Position numbers and translations under genes: made by a program. From Geosiphon pyriformis uo1 (taxonomy: Eukaryota > Fungi > Glomeromycota): a stretch of 10,266 bases of DNA. Within the stretch, counting starts at the first letter, position 1. The number at the start of each line of letters is the position of its first letter. This document shows, one piece after another, positions 9,708 to 10,266 of this stretch. The notes beneath the pieces are model-generated. The model did not search any database. It was not told the origin of the DNA and saw nothing but the letters and a program-made list of their open reading frames with translations. Location of the stretch: contig JAAOMT010000755.1 of the NCBI GenBank assembly GCA_016748015.1, forward strand, positions 45,469-55,734. The letters are read 5' to 3'.

Positions 9708-10266
9708 ATGCGCTTTTTTTCAATCATTGATTTAAATCATTACCTATCAATTATTTTAATATGTTTGGGTTTTTTTTATATCACTTAGTAAGAATCAAAC
9801 ATTATACAAAATTGATTCAAAGGGACTTGATTCGATTCCAGCCATATTCACCTTCGAGGAAGGGATAACAATCATGATGATATATAAATATAATGAGAAT
9901 CAATATAATGAGAATCAATATAAAGCATTCTTCAAGTTTAAATCTAACGGCGAATTTTCTCGAAATGAAGAAAAAAATTATGGAGACAAGAGTAAAATAA
10001 CTAATGTTTACAATCTTGACCTTAATTATCTTTTAGTGACTCATAAAAATCAAAGCAACAGCACAATTGGCACAATATTTTTATGGAATGGAACATCAAT
10101 TCAAAGGTTTTTATTATATAAACCCTTAAAGATAAAATCTGCTTAATTTTAAAAATAAAAAATTTTATTAATAATGCAAAAAATTTTATGCAGTGAGATA
10201 GACTTAGGTATAGGGTCTATATCACTAAGAAATAATTATCACGATGACAAATTTCTCATTTCGAAT
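9708..10266 (+). CDS. 5' part of a secreted or membrane protein gene (signal peptide, beta-rich N-terminal domain), running off the window, with one +1 frameshift
   Basis: AAAAAAAATG at 9708 gives MRFFSIIDLNHYLSIILICLGFF. Removing one T from the T8 run at 9770-9777 joins it to the open frame ISLSKNQTLYKIDSKGLDSIPAIFTFEEGITIMMIYK...VYNLDLNYLLVTHKNQSNSTIGTIFLWNGTSIQ. A phase-2 intron at 10107-10193 (GT..TGCAG) continues as SEIDLGIGSISLRNNYHDDKFLISN, open to the window end. Confidence 0.7.
9887..9923 (+). repeat. 15-bp tandem duplication (AATATAATGAGAATC x2.5), in frame, encoding YNENQ-YNENQ
   Basis: Perfect copies at 9887-9901 and 9902-9916, plus a partial copy at 9917-9923. Confidence 0.9.

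Noticed and set aside
1-10266. Prokaryotic systems (CRISPR, operons, defence islands), tRNA or rRNA, alternative genetic code
   Set aside because: No repeat-spacer array or structured RNA gene was seen. The stops are explained by spliceosomal introns and indels, and the first gene translates cleanly in the standard code.

Overview
This is AT-rich eukaryotic DNA with short GT-AG introns (59-92 nt). The protein styles suggest an early-diverging fungus, probably Glomeromycota (inference). The supplied ORF track only shows fragments of spliced genes. Manual splicing gives three genes. (1) An intact 9-exon gene (+, 45-1833, 397 aa) encodes a two-transmembrane protein with a Cys-containing, glycosylated, beta-rich ectodomain and motifs resembling the DEG/ENaC-P2X-PAC trimeric channel superfamily; this is the most interesting item. 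(2) A class-3 lipase-like gene (-, 5305-3758) has GHGSGG in place of the GHSxGG nucleophile motif and carries several single-base frameshifts. (3) The 5' part of a signal-peptide-bearing gene (+, 9708 to the window end) also has a +1 homopolymer frameshift. Between them are a small ORF, a possible degenerate minus-strand gene (about 6330-7000) and a 1.6-kb extremely AT-rich, CpG-depleted block that looks like a decayed repeat. No RNA genes, CRISPR arrays or intact transposases were seen.
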